A stretch of 64,000 nt of DNA from an uncultured Gammaproteobacteria bacterium (GTDB lineage: Bacteria; Cyanobacteriota; Vampirovibrionia; Gastranaerophilales; CAJFVJ01): positions 26,296-90,295 of the forward strand of contig CAYUHE010000003.1 in assembly GCA_964444415.1 (NCBI GenBank), in the 5' to 3' direction. Of the stretch, positions 27,344-37,933 are shown piece by piece (position 1 is the first letter of the stretch; each line of letters begins with the position of its first letter). Under the pieces are notes generated by a model. It saw only the letters and a program-made list of their open reading frames with translations, did no database searches and was not told where the DNA came from. The position numbers were made by a program, and so were the translations under genes.

Positions 27344-28453
27344 ATGTGGAATAGGATTTTTGCACTTATTATTAAAGAATTTCATTCCATTTGGAGAGAC
27401 CCTAAAAGCCGCGCCCTGATTTTTTTACCGCCTTTAGTTCAGTTGTGTGTTTTTGCTTATGCTGCTACGATGGAGGTTCAAAATATAGATATGGTAATCC
27501 TTGATAAGGACAATACTGTTGAGTCTCGAGAGTTGTCGGATAGATTTGTTCATTCGATTTGGTTTCGCAAAATTTATTATGTCGAGAATGAAAAACAGTT
27601 CACAAGGATGATTGAATCACAAAAAGTTATGATGGGAATGGAGATAAATAATGATTTCTCCAAAAATCTTAAAGGACGAAAGCAAGCGAGAGTTCAGATG
27701 ATTTTCGATGGGCGTCAGACCAATGTATCACAGATTTTGAGCGGTTATACTTCCAAAATAATTGCTCAATACGAAAAAGATATTTTTGAGCCGAAATATA
27801 ATGATTTGCCGAGGGTTCAGGTTCAAAGCAGAAATTGGTACAATACGAATCTGACTTATTTTAATTATACGGTCGTGTCGCTTGTTGCAACTTTGGCAAT
27901 GGTTATAGGGATACTTTTGACGTCTCTTTCTGTGGCTCGTGAGCGAGAAATAGGGACTTTTGACCAGCTTATTGTTTCTCCGCTCAGACCTTTTGAAATT
28001 CTTATAGGTAAAACGTTTCCGCCACTTGTGATAGCAACGATTATTTCAACAATGATGGGGCTTTTCGCTGTTTTTATCTTCAAAATTCCTTATTCGGGTT
28101 CTATTTGGCTTTTTTATGTTAGCACAACGGTGTTTCTGCTTGCTATTGTTGGGATTGGGCTGTTTATTTCTTCGATATGCAAAACTCAACAGCAGGCAAT
28201 TTTGGGTACTTTTATGTTTCAAATGCCTGCGATGCTTATGTCAGGCTATATTTCGCCTATTGAAAATATGCCGATATTTTTTCAGAAGCTGACATTTTTC
28301 AATCCGATAAGGTTTTATATGGTGATTGTCAAAGGATTATTTTTTAAAAATATGCACTCAGATGTGGTTTTTACAAATTTAATTCCTGTTGGCATAACAG
28401 CCGTAATCACTTTGTATTGTGCTTATTGGATGTTTAATAGAAATTTGGATTAG
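27344..28453 (+). CDS. ABC-2 type transporter permease (paralog)
   Basis: Same architecture. The EREIGT motif is shared with the preceding gene's EWERGT. Confidence 0.8.
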   Translation: MWNRIFALIIKEFHSIWRDPKSRALIFLPPLVQLCVFAYAATMEVQNIDMVILDKDNTVESRELSDRFVHSIWFRKIYYVENEKQFTRMIESQKVMMGMEINNDFSKNLKGRKQARVQMIFDGRQTNVSQILSGYTSKIIAQYEKDIFEPKYNDLPRVQVQSRNWYNTNLTYFNYTVVSLVATLAMVIGILLTSLSVAREREIGTFDQLIVSPLRPFEILIGKTFPPLVIATIISTMMGLFAVFIFKIPYSGSIWLFYVSTTVFLLAIVGIGLFISSICKTQQQAILGTFMFQMPAMLMSGYISPIENMPIFFQKLTFFNPIRFYMVIVKGLFFKNMHSDVVFTNLIPVGITAVITLYCAYWMFNRNLD

Positions 28454-29448
28454 GCTAGATTTCTAATTATTTCATCTGTAAATTCTGATGTTGTGGCACT
28501 TCCGCCAAGGTCTGAGGTCAAAACTTTCCCTTCATAGAGTGTTTTCATTAGGGCGGAATTTATTTTTTCCGCATAGCCTAGCTCATTGATAAATTTTAGC
28601 ATTTCGATTGCTGAAAGCAAGAGAGCGGTTGGATTTGCTTTGTTTTGCCCTTTAATATCAGGAGCCGAGCCGTGTACAGGTTCAAAAACAGCATAATCAA
28701 GTCCGATATTTGCCCCTTGAGCTACGCCAAGTCCGCCTATCAATCCTGCTCCAAGGTCTGAAACTATATCCCCATAAAGGTTTGGAAGTAATAGAACATC
28801 GAATTTTTCGGGGTTTTGTACAAGCTGCATGCAAAGATTGTCAACAAGGATTTCATCATATTTAATTTCAGGATATTTTTTTGCGACTTCTCTGGCGCAG
28901 TTCAAAAATAATCCGTCGGTAAGCTTGCAAATATTGGCTTTAGTGACTGCCGTAACTTTTTTGCGGTTGAATTTTCGGGCATAATCGAAAGCAAATTCAG
29001 CAATTTGAATAGAGGCTTTTTTTGTAATTATTTTGACTGATTCGGCGGTATTTTCATCGATTTGCCTTTCGATTCCGGCATATAGGTCTTCGGTATTTTC
29101 TCTTACGATTATCAAATCCACATTTTCAAATCGTGTTTTGATTCCCGGCAAATTCTTGCAAGGGCGAAGGTTTGCATACAAGTCGAGTTCTTTTCTCAAT
29201 GCTACATTGACACTTCTGAACCCTTTGGCGATGGGCGTTGTGATAGGTGCTTTTAGAGCAACTTTGTTTTTTTTAATGGAATCTACAACTCTTTGAGGAA
29301 GCGCGTTGCCTTCAATTTCGATAACGTCAGCTCCAGCATTTTGAATGTCCCAGTTGATTTTTAGCCCTGATGATTCAATTATTTTTACGACAGAATCAGT
29401 AATTTCAGGCCCGATTCCATCACCCGGTATTAAAGTTATATTGTGCAT
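28450..29448 (-). CDS. Isocitrate / homoisocitrate / 3-isopropylmalate dehydrogenase family protein
   Basis: ITLIPGDGIGPEI and NLYGDIVSDL motifs. 332 aa. Substrate not assignable from sequence. Confidence 0.8.
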   Translation of the reverse strand: MHNITLIPGDGIGPEITDSVVKIIESSGLKINWDIQNAGADVIEIEGNALPQRVVDSIKKNKVALKAPITTPIAKGFRSVNVALRKELDLYANLRPCKNLPGIKTRFENVDLIIVRENTEDLYAGIERQIDENTAESVKIITKKASIQIAEFAFDYARKFNRKKVTAVTKANICKLTDGLFLNCAREVAKKYPEIKYDEILVDNLCMQLVQNPEKFDVLLLPNLYGDIVSDLGAGLIGGLGVAQGANIGLDYAVFEPVHGSAPDIKGQNKANPTALLLSAIEMLKFINELGYAEKINSALMKTLYEGKVLTSDLGGSATTSEFTDEIIRNLA

Positions 29449-29459
29449 AATTTGCTCCT

Positions 29460-29957
29460 TTAGACTAAATCAAAATCGCCGTGTTTTTTGATGTGTTCGA
29501 TGAGTCCGCCTTCGTTGAGAAGTTTTATCATTACATCTGGAAGTGGCGCAATTTCAATTTGCGTGGCTTTTGTCAGATTTTTTACAAAGCCTTGTTTGAT
29601 ATCAATAGCCAATTCATCGCCTGCTTCGATGCCGTCAGTATTGCATTCAATCAGCAAAAGCCCTATATTTATTGCGTTTCGATAAAAAATTCTCGCAAAA
29701 CTTTTTGCAAGAACCGCTCCTACTCCTGCAATTTTGATGATTTGCGGTGCGTGTTCTCTTGATGAACCTAGCCCAAAGTTGTTTCCTGCAACGACAAAAT
29801 CATTTTTTTGCATAGATGAAGCAAAATTAGCATCGGCATCTTCAAGGACGTGTTTGGCAAATTCAGGTAAGTCAGAACGCAAGTGGAACAACCTTCCTGG
29901 GGCTATATGGTCTGTTGATAAGTCATCCCCGAATTTAAAAGCTTTTCCTTTAAGCAT
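29460..29957 (-). CDS. Aconitase-superfamily dehydratase, small subunit (LeuD/HacB type)
   Basis: 165 aa. GNNFGLGSSREHA swivel-domain motif. Confidence 0.8.
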   Translation of the reverse strand: MLKGKAFKFGDDLSTDHIAPGRLFHLRSDLPEFAKHVLEDADANFASSMQKNDFVVAGNNFGLGSSREHAPQIIKIAGVGAVLAKSFARIFYRNAINIGLLLIECNTDGIEAGDELAIDIKQGFVKNLTKATQIEIAPLPDVMIKLLNEGGLIEHIKKHGDFDLV

Positions 29958-31210
29958 TAAAATACCTCCCTTGGGTCTGCGATATGCCCTTTTATTGCGC
30001 TGTAGGCTGCGACAGCAGGCGATGCAAGATAAATAAACCCTTTTGTATTGCCCATTCTACCTTGAAAATTCCTGTTTTGTGTTGCGAGACAAACTTCTCC
30101 GTCACCCAAAACCCCGCCGTGTACTCCTACACAAGGGCCACAGCCAGAAGTTATAATCGAAGCACCAGATTCAACAAAGATTTTGATAAGTTCTTCATCA
30201 AGTGCCTGAACAAATACATCTTTTGATGCTGGGGAAATCAATAGGCGAGTGTCTTTGTGGACTTTTCCCCCTTTCAAAATATTCGCTGCAATTCTCAAAT
30301 CTTCGATACGTCCATTTGTACAGGTGCCTATAAAAACCTGATGAACTTTCACATCAGATAGCTTGTCGACTGTTTTTGTATTGTCCACGGTATGAGGGCA
30401 AGACACAGTAGGGGCAAGCTTTGATACGTCTATCTCAATTATTTTTTCGTAGACTGCATCATCATCTGCGGAGATTTTTTTGAATTCCCCCTCGCGTCCG
30501 CGTTCTTTTAAATATGCTTTGGTTTTTTCATCAGTTACGAATAGCCCGACTTTTGCGCCTGCTTCAACAGCCATATTTGCTAGGGTAAACCTGTCAGACA
30601 TTTCCATTTTTTCGATGGTAGAACCTGAGAATTCCAAAGCTTTATAAGTCGCTCCATCGGCCCCAATAAGTCCAATAAGGTGCAAAATCAAGTCTTTTGG
30701 ATAGACTCCTTTTGAAAATTCGCCTTCTACGACAATTTTGAAAGTTGGCGGGACTTTTAGCCAAGTTTTCCCAAGAGCCATAGCGACTGCAATGTCTGTT
30801 GAACCCATTCCTGTAGCAAAAGCACCCAAAGCACCTGATGTGCAAGTGTGTGAGTCTGCGCCGACAAGGATTTCACCAGGATTGACGTAAGTTTCAATTA
30901 GTCTTTGGTGGCAAACGCCTTCTCCTACATCGGATAGTGCCGCTCCGTATTCTTTTGAAAATTCCCTCAAAACCATATGTGAATTTGAAAGTTCTTTTCT
31001 CGGGCTTGGCGCTGCATGGTCGATGAAAAGTATTGTTCGCTCAGGATTGGCAAGTTTGGTTTTACCGATTTTTTTGAATTCTTGAATGGTCAAAGGACCT
31101 GTGCCGTCTTGAACTGCGGATACATCAACTTTTGCAATTACAAGTTCACCGACTTTTACTTCTCGACCTGTGTGTTCAGAAATTATTTTTTCAGCTATTG
31201 TTTGTCCCAT
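29957..31210 (-). CDS. Aconitase-superfamily dehydratase, large subunit (LeuC/HacA type)
   Basis: GADSHT, GTCTNGR and SGCGPCVG cluster-ligand motifs. GGAG lies 6 nt before ATG 31210. The ORF track starts at 31228. Confidence 0.85.
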   Translation of the reverse strand: MGQTIAEKIISEHTGREVKVGELVIAKVDVSAVQDGTGPLTIQEFKKIGKTKLANPERTILFIDHAAPSPRKELSNSHMVLREFSKEYGAALSDVGEGVCHQRLIETYVNPGEILVGADSHTCTSGALGAFATGMGSTDIAVAMALGKTWLKVPPTFKIVVEGEFSKGVYPKDLILHLIGLIGADGATYKALEFSGSTIEKMEMSDRFTLANMAVEAGAKVGLFVTDEKTKAYLKERGREGEFKKISADDDAVYEKIIEIDVSKLAPTVSCPHTVDNTKTVDKLSDVKVHQVFIGTCTNGRIEDLRIAANILKGGKVHKDTRLLISPASKDVFVQALDEELIKIFVESGASIITSGCGPCVGVHGGVLGDGEVCLATQNRNFQGRMGNTKGFIYLASPAVAAYSAIKGHIADPREVF

Positions 31211-31220
31211 TTTTTGCTCC

Positions 31221-32537
31221 TTACACAATCGAATATGGCATTGTTAATTCATTTTTGTCCAAACGTGACTGTAAAGCGCCTGTCGGGATGTAGTATGGTG
31301 CTACTGTCATAATTTTGGCAGCGATATCAGGGTAGTAATAAATGAATTTTAATTCACTTTGCGTAAGCGGTTTTTGTGTGTGAACATTGGCATAGCGGGC
31401 AAGTTCAAGAATATTTCTCGCTTCATCTTCATCATGAAATTCGAGTTCTAGTTTTTCATAAACATCACGAAACCCTTTGATACCGCCGTATTCTCCTGTG
31501 GTAATCATTCTTCCTGTTTCAACAATTTCAGGTTCTCCGCGACCAAGTTCTTCGTAGTCATAAAGCTCATAGTTGCGTCTGTCCTTGAGTGCCCCATCTG
31601 CATGAATTCCTGATTCGTGGGCAAATGCATTATCGCCTACGGCAGGTTGATTTATCGGGATTGGCAAATTGAAAGCATAAGCTGTATATTTTGCCAATTT
31701 CCAAGCTTTTGAAAGGTCAATTTGCGGGTCAATTTCATATTTTCCGCTAAAACCGCTCGATTTCAGGAGTGCAAGCAGGCAAGAAATCAAATCTGCGTTT
31801 CCGGCACGTTCACCCATACCATTGACAGCTGTATTTATATAGGCATTAACTCCTGCATCTATAGCTGCTTTGGCTCCAAGTAAAGAGTTTCCTACAGCCA
31901 TTCCTATATCATTATGGAAGTGCAGTTCTATATCCATTTGAGTTTCTTTTGCAATTTCAAAAATACGATGATAAGCTGTTTGAGGGTCATCGTATCCCAA
32001 GGTATCACAATATCTGAAACGCTTTGCACCGCTGGATTTAGCGTGGTTGGCAAATTCTATAAGGTAGTCTAGCTCAGTCCTTGAAGCGTCTTCTGCGTTG
32101 ACACCTACGACTTGAATCCCATAATTACAGGCGCAGGAAACAGCTTCTTTTGTAGAGTTTATTATGTCTTTTCTGGTTTTTCGTCCATTGAATTTGCCTT
32201 GGATCATTTGTTCAGAAGTTGATACTGACAAGTTGACAAATTGAAGCCTGGGAACATTTTGGAATGAATCTACAACATCAGGCAAAATACCTCTCATCCA
32301 TCCGGAGAGTTTTGTTTTTGTGATAACACCCCTATCGACAAGTTCGAGGTTGGCATTGAGGTAATTGGTTTCGTGTCTTGTGGTTGGAAAACCAAATTCT
32401 GATTGGGTTACACCCAAATCATCCAGCATAAGGTTTATGATAGTTTTTTGCAATTTTGCCAAGCCGAGGCGCGATGTTTGCACGCCATCTCTATTTGTCA
32501 CATCGACAAAGTAAATCCTATTTTTATTGCTGCTCAT
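31221..32537 (-). CDS. DRE-TIM acyl-CoA:2-oxoacid condensing enzyme (LeuA / CimA / homocitrate / Re-citrate synthase family)
   Basis: VDVTNRDGVQT, HFHNDIGMA and HESGIH motifs. At 438 aa it is too short for the LeuA C-terminal regulatory domain. Confidence 0.8.
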   Translation of the reverse strand: MSSNKNRIYFVDVTNRDGVQTSRLGLAKLQKTIINLMLDDLGVTQSEFGFPTTRHETNYLNANLELVDRGVITKTKLSGWMRGILPDVVDSFQNVPRLQFVNLSVSTSEQMIQGKFNGRKTRKDIINSTKEAVSCACNYGIQVVGVNAEDASRTELDYLIEFANHAKSSGAKRFRYCDTLGYDDPQTAYHRIFEIAKETQMDIELHFHNDIGMAVGNSLLGAKAAIDAGVNAYINTAVNGMGERAGNADLISCLLALLKSSGFSGKYEIDPQIDLSKAWKLAKYTAYAFNLPIPINQPAVGDNAFAHESGIHADGALKDRRNYELYDYEELGRGEPEIVETGRMITTGEYGGIKGFRDVYEKLELEFHDEDEARNILELARYANVHTQKPLTQSELKFIYYYPDIAAKIMTVAPYYIPTGALQSRLDKNELTMPYSIV

Positions 32538-32625
32538 GGGATACCTCTTCTAAGTCTTTAGAAAATCATAATACTATATTTTCAGGCGTTTTTTTCTTCT
32601 CTTTATAAAAATTTTATATCTAATT

Positions 32626-33753
32626 TTAGTTTAAATTGTTATTTTGAGAATTTTTTGAATCGGTTAATTTGCAGGTTAAATAAGCGCAAATAGCTGCTGT
32701 GATAGGAACGCAATAAATTATTGCAATACTTCCGATTAGTGCTGCCAAAATCTCTGTTATGGTAGATTGGAAGTTGATAAATTTTATAAAAGGAATATCA
32801 AATGACAAAAGTAAAAGAGGAAAACCGCTTGCCAAATAGGCAAAAATAAGGGTGTTTGTCATTGGTCCTATTATATCTTTTCCGACATTCAATCCTGACT
32901 CAAAAAGTTCTCTGAAGCCATAATCGTCTCTGGATTTTTTGACTTCACTTATGCAGTTTGCTATTGACATAGCTATGCTCATGACAGCCCCAAGAGCCCC
33001 CAGTATTAACGCTGAAGTCAGAATTCCTTTAAAATTAAGGTCAGGATATTGATCCCAAAGAGCTAGACTTTCTTGAGAACTTATCCCGTTCAAAGAGGAG
33101 ATATGGATTATTGTGGCAGATATAATTCCTGCCAAAGTCAAGCTAAGAATGGTTCCTAAGGCTGCACACAGGCTTTTTATATTTATTCCGCAAAGAATAA
33201 AAACGGTGAAAATAGTTGAAAGTGCTGCTATTGCGAGCGTTGAAGGAATGGGTGAAAAGCCGTTCAATAGGAGTGGTATTAAAGCAAAAAATATTAAACA
33301 TATTGTGAAAATTATCGAAAGCAAAGCTTTCATCCCTTTGTAGCCGGATATAAGCATTAGGGAAAGGGCAAAAAGCCCAAACAGTATAAGTATCATAGGA
33401 GAATTGTCTTTTGAGGTTATATTGATATTTTTTGTGTCTTCAGGATTGTCCATTTCAAGCAGAACCCTGTCGCCTTTTTTGAGATTGATATCAAAAGCAG
33501 GATTGCTGGTTAGGTAGTTTTCGATATTTAATTCTTTATTTTGGAGTTCGCCTGTTAAAATCCTGATTTTTAGTGTTTGAACAATTTGATTAGACATAAA
33601 AAGTTTTTCTAATTCGATATCGTGTTTTTCTTGCACAATCTCAGTAACCATACCTTTTTCGAGGTATTCCGTTTGCCTTGGCAAGTCTTGTGCGAAGCTA
33701 AAATTGAGATTTAAAAATAGAATAATAATTAAAAAAAAGATTTTATTCATCAT
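32626..33753 (-). CDS. YibE/F-family membrane protein
   Basis: Signal-like N-terminus [13 protein letters not shown], an extracytoplasmic domain and a polytopic C-terminus. The ORF-track extension to 33873 lies inside ruvB. Confidence 0.7.
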   Translation of the reverse strand: MMNKIFFLIIILFLNLNFSFAQDLPRQTEYLEKGMVTEIVQEKHDIELEKLFMSNQIVQTLKIRILTGELQNKELNIENYLTSNPAFDINLKKGDRVLLEMDNPEDTKNINITSKDNSPMILILFGLFALSLMLISGYKGMKALLSIIFTICLIFFALIPLLLNGFSPIPSTLAIAALSTIFTVFILCGINIKSLCAALGTILSLTLAGIISATIIHISSLNGISSQESLALWDQYPDLNFKGILTSALILGALGAVMSIAMSIANCISEVKKSRDDYGFRELFESGLNVGKDIIGPMTNTLIFAYLASGFPLLLLSFDIPFIKFINFQSTITEILAALIGSIAIIYCVPITAAICAYLTCKLTDSKNSQNNNLN

Positions 33754-34810
33754 AAAAAAGTCCAATTTGCTCAGAAGGCATTTTGTATCCAAGGTGTTTG
33801 TAACCTGCCGGAGAAACTTTTCGTCCTCGTGGTGTTCTTTGCAAAATTCCTGCCTGTAACAAAAAGGGTTCATAAACTTCTTCTATCGTGACAGCATCTT
33901 CACCAAGAGCTGCGGATAAAGTTTCAATTCCAACGGGGCCACCATTATACTTTTGTATCATTAATTGTAGCAATGCAATATCAGTCGTATCTAACCCCAA
34001 TCGGTCAATTTTTAACATATCAAGTGCTTCTCTTGCGATTTCGATAGTTATAGCTTCAGCATTTTTTACGGCCGCAAAATCTCTGACTCTTTTGACTAAA
34101 CGATTTGCAATACGTGGTGTTCCGCGAGAACGAAGTGCAATTTCTGTTGCTCCTTCGTCGGTGATTTTTGTGTCCAAAACTTTTGAAGTTCTTTTAATGA
34201 CTTCAATAAGTTCATCGGATGTATAAAATTCTAATCGATGAATTATACCGAATCTGTCTCTAAGAGGACTTGAGAGTGAGCCGGCTTTGGTTGTTGCACC
34301 AATCAGGGTGAATTTTTTCATAGGGACCCGAAGTGTTTTTGCAGCTTGGGTTTTGCCTGTCATCATATCTATATAAAAATCTTCCATTGCAGGATAGAGA
34401 ATTTCTTCTGCAATTTTATTGAGGCGGTGAATTTCATCGATAAAAAGAATTTCGCCTTCTTTTAGCGACATCAAAATTCCGATGATATCTCTAGGGCGTT
34501 CAAGAGCAGGGGCAGATGTGATTTTTATAGCGGAGCCGAATTCCTTTGCTATGATACTTGCAAGGGTGGTTTTCCCCAGTCCCGGAGGTCCATACAAAAG
34601 AATATGGTCTAAAGTTTCACCGCGTTTTTTGGCGGCTCCTATTGTGATTTTGATGTTTTGCTTTATGTGTTTTTGCCCTACATAATCATTAAAAGTATTC
34701 GGGCGAAGATTATTTTCAAAACTGTCAAGATTTGTTTTTTTTGTTTCTATATTTTTTCTTGGATCAGATTCTCTTTTAGGAGATTTCTCATCTGATGAAA
34801 TTATTGCCAA
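33743..34810 (-). CDS. ruvB: Holliday junction branch migration helicase
   Basis: [19 protein letters not shown] and GTPRIANRL motifs. Confidence 0.95.
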   Translation of the reverse strand: MAIISSDEKSPKRESDPRKNIETKKTNLDSFENNLRPNTFNDYVGQKHIKQNIKITIGAAKKRGETLDHILLYGPPGLGKTTLASIIAKEFGSAIKITSAPALERPRDIIGILMSLKEGEILFIDEIHRLNKIAEEILYPAMEDFYIDMMTGKTQAAKTLRVPMKKFTLIGATTKAGSLSSPLRDRFGIIHRLEFYTSDELIEVIKRTSKVLDTKITDEGATEIALRSRGTPRIANRLVKRVRDFAAVKNAEAITIEIAREALDMLKIDRLGLDTTDIALLQLMIQKYNGGPVGIETLSAALGEDAVTIEEVYEPFLLQAGILQRTPRGRKVSPAGYKHLGYKMPSEQIGLFYDE

Positions 34811-34834
34811 AATTTTGCTCCCCGATTATTGATT

Positions 34835-36424
34835 TTAGTTAAATAGTTCGTCTATTTTATCTTGAATTTCTTGAGGATCTATTTCTTTTGTAATGATATT
34901 CAAATCCATTGCTATTTGAAACAGTCTTGCAGCTTCAATTTTATCGCCTGTAATTATTGTTGCACGGGCTTTGTTGTAGTAAGCAAGAGCATAATTAGGA
35001 TTGCATTGTGCGGCCAAATCAAACATTTCCATAGCTTCTTTGACAAGGCCTGAGTCATCAAGATAAATTACGCCAACATTGTTGAATGCTATATCATAAC
35101 TAGGGTCATATTTTGTGGCTAATTTATATTCTTTGATTGCATTGTCATTGTCGCCTTTGCCCCAATACAAATATCCCAAATTACAATGAATACGAGGGTC
35201 AGTCGGTGCAATCTCAAGTGCAAGATTGTAGATTGCCAAAGCACTTTGGAAGTCGCCTTTGTCATAGAAAACACTGCCCAAATTGATATAAATATCGACA
35301 TCTTTTGGAGTCAAGTGCAATGCATTTTGGTAAGAGGAAATTGCCGCGTCGTAGTTTTTTTCGCTCTCTTGAAAAACATACCCTAGAGTTTGAGCAATTA
35401 TACTTGTCCAGCCCTGGCTCGGATTGAGCATTATTGCATTGTAGTAGCAAGTTACAGCTTCTTTTATATTGCCGCTCATATAATAAATATTTGCTAAGTT
35501 GCTGTGATATATTGGGTTGTTAGGATTAAGTTCAATAAGTTTTTCATACATCACGATTGCATTGTCATAATCGCCCAATTCTTCATAAATATGGCACAAA
35601 GCTCTATAAGCAAGGATGTTTAGTGGGTCATGCCATAAGACCATACGAAATTCGTTTATAGCGTCTTCGTATTGAAACATACTTTTGTAGGCATCGCCCA
35701 AAAGCGCATATAACGGTACAAATCCCGGTGCAATTTCAATAGCTTCTGTGTAAAGTTCTACTGCTTCATAAAATTGTCTTGTATGAACAAGATAAAATCC
35801 TTTAAAAATTATAGGCAGAAATTTCAAATAGTTTAATTTTTGCAAAAATTCTTTTTGAGCCTCTTTTTCAAAAGGCAATTTGATAGCTGAGCATATCAAG
35901 TGATAAAAAGAGCCGAATTTGTCTAAGATACTGTTATCAGCTTTTATTTTGAGTAAGCTGTGCATTAAGAAATGAGCGCGAGAGGCTCTCAAGCCTCCAT
36001 ATTTTACAGCTTTTTTGGCATACGCATAGGTTTCTTGAAATTTGTCTTTTTTGGTCATTGTGCGAGCCATCATAAAATATGCATCGTAGAATTTGCCATC
36101 ATACTCAAGAGCAATATTCAAGTGGTTTATGGCTTTTTCAAGGTCGCCTTTAAGGTAAAAAGCATACCCGATTTTGTAATGAATTTCGGCAGAATTTAAA
36201 GAAACTTCAAGCGCTCTTTGATATTCGGTAATAGCTTCATCAATAAATTGTTTTGGGCTATAAATATCTTGATGCCAATCAAAATACAAGTCACCAAGCT
36301 TGACGTAAAGGTCTGCATTGGAAGGGTTTTGTTGCAATTCTGAGTTACAGAGAGCAACAGCCATTTTGTAGTCACCTTTTTTTTCCATTTTTTCAAGCTT
36401 GCTTTTAAACTGTTTTGTTAACAT
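34835..36424 (-). CDS. Tetratricopeptide repeat protein
   Basis: More than 10 TPR units (A..Y..A...P....A...LG). Confidence 0.8.
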   Translation of the reverse strand: MLTKQFKSKLEKMEKKGDYKMAVALCNSELQQNPSNADLYVKLGDLYFDWHQDIYSPKQFIDEAITEYQRALEVSLNSAEIHYKIGYAFYLKGDLEKAINHLNIALEYDGKFYDAYFMMARTMTKKDKFQETYAYAKKAVKYGGLRASRAHFLMHSLLKIKADNSILDKFGSFYHLICSAIKLPFEKEAQKEFLQKLNYLKFLPIIFKGFYLVHTRQFYEAVELYTEAIEIAPGFVPLYALLGDAYKSMFQYEDAINEFRMVLWHDPLNILAYRALCHIYEELGDYDNAIVMYEKLIELNPNNPIYHSNLANIYYMSGNIKEAVTCYYNAIMLNPSQGWTSIIAQTLGYVFQESEKNYDAAISSYQNALHLTPKDVDIYINLGSVFYDKGDFQSALAIYNLALEIAPTDPRIHCNLGYLYWGKGDNDNAIKEYKLATKYDPSYDIAFNNVGVIYLDDSGLVKEAMEMFDLAAQCNPNYALAYYNKARATIITGDKIEAARLFQIAMDLNIITKEIDPQEIQDKIDELFN

Positions 36425-37024
36425 TTATGCATTAAATTCCTTTTCAAAACAAAATCTAATTATTTTATTTCTGGTTTCTTTTTCTATATTTGAAAAATTG
36501 AACATAATCAAGGTTTCATCTTGCATTTCAATTTTGTTAATAATGACACCATCTCCGATTATATCGTCATGTCCCGGTAATAGAAGTTTGAATTTGTAAG
36601 TTTGCCCTATTGAAAAGCAATGATTCCCTATAAAACAGACACCGCCGCCGCCCAGATTAATTGTTTGAGCTTTAAACATCATATCATCAGATTTTAGTTC
36701 GACAAAATATGAAGCTTTTGTTCTGACGTAGCGTCTTCTTTGGATGACATCATATTCTTGATTTAATTCTACGCAGATACAGTCTTTATTGATGTCTATG
36801 ATTAGAGAATTCATTTTTACAATTCGATTTGATGAACAAATTGTAATTTCTGTATCAAGGCCTTCTTTCAGAACATACAAGTATTCTCTTTTAGGATTTT
36901 TAATTTCCAAAAATACGCGATCTTTTTCGTGCTTCAAAACTCTTGTTTCAAATTCGTGTTCTTCATCGAGTACTTGAACTCTAACTTTAACGATAGGATT
37001 TTTGGATAAATCTATTTCTAACAT
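36425..37024 (-). CDS. PilZ domain protein (YcgR-like size)
   Basis: RRRYVR followed by NLGGGGV (RxxxR ... [DN]xSxxG-type c-di-GMP motif). The stop abuts the TPR gene start. Confidence 0.65.
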   Translation of the reverse strand: MLEIDLSKNPIVKVRVQVLDEEHEFETRVLKHEKDRVFLEIKNPKREYLYVLKEGLDTEITICSSNRIVKMNSLIIDINKDCICVELNQEYDVIQRRRYVRTKASYFVELKSDDMMFKAQTINLGGGGVCFIGNHCFSIGQTYKFKLLLPGHDDIIGDGVIINKIEMQDETLIMFNFSNIEKETRNKIIRFCFEKEFNA

Positions 37025-37054
37025 AATTTAGACCTGAAAATTTACTATACTTTT

Positions 37055-37083
37055 ATTTTAGAATATACAAACTATTTAAGCAA
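37055..37083 (-). promoter_or_regulatory. Putative promoter of the PilZ-TPR unit
   Basis: On the minus strand: TTGCTT (37083-37078), 17 nt, TAAAAT (37060-37055). Confidence 0.4.
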
Positions 37084-37103
37084 GTGAAGAGGTTTTCAAA
37101 ATA

Positions 37104-37931
37104 TTAAAAATTGTTTTTTCCTTCTTCAGAATACATATTTTTTCTTTGATTTATGATTTCATCAAGATTTTCATTTTCATAATTTTCGAGAAGTTCATTC
37201 AGGTGTGTTTTTAGTTTGGAGAGGCTTTCTTTGATATTTTCTTTGTTAAATTTCAGCATATCTTTTGCCATTTGAGAGTTTGACATTGCAAGTCTTGTCA
37301 TATCACGAAATCCACTAGCTGCAAGCTTTTTACTGAGGTCATCATCAGCTGTTTTGAACAATGTCTGAGCCAAAATCATTGGCATATGGCTAACCATCGC
37401 AACTGCTTGGTCGTGGTTTTTTGCATCTGTAAAAATGGGTTTTGAGCCGATATTTTTTATCAAATTTACAATAAATTCTGTACTTTCTATTTGTGCAAAA
37501 TCAGATGGAATGATTGCCCATTTTGCACCTTGAAAAAGGGCGTCTTCAGCAGAGTCAAAACCTTTATTTTCGTTACCTGCCATAGGATGAAGTCCTATAA
37601 AATTCAATTTTGTATCAAGATTATTGACATAATCAAGAATAAAACCTTTTACACTCGCCAAATCAGCTATAATAGCATCTTTTTTTGAGATATTTTTGAT
37701 TTTTTCTATAGTATCAATTACTGTGCCCATAGGTGTAGCAATAAAAATCACATCCATATTTTTGATAAGGTCAAAATTAATAGAGGCCTCGATTACAAGT
37801 TTTTGTTCGATAGCTTTTTTGATAGTTTCAGGATTTTTGGAAATACCATAAAGCTCATAGCCTTTATTTTGAAGGGCTTTGAGTAGTGATGTTCCGATTA
37901 GTCCAAGTCCTATAATTGCTATTTTTTTCAT
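37104..37931 (-). CDS. tyrA: Prephenate dehydrogenase
   Basis: IIGLGLIGTS Rossmann motif and HPMAG. Confidence 0.8.
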   Translation of the reverse strand: MKKIAIIGLGLIGTSLLKALQNKGYELYGISKNPETIKKAIEQKLVIEASINFDLIKNMDVIFIATPMGTVIDTIEKIKNISKKDAIIADLASVKGFILDYVNNLDTKLNFIGLHPMAGNENKGFDSAEDALFQGAKWAIIPSDFAQIESTEFIVNLIKNIGSKPIFTDAKNHDQAVAMVSHMPMILAQTLFKTADDDLSKKLAASGFRDMTRLAMSNSQMAKDMLKFNKENIKESLSKLKTHLNELLENYENENLDEIINQRKNMYSEEGKNNF

Positions 37932-37933
37932 TT

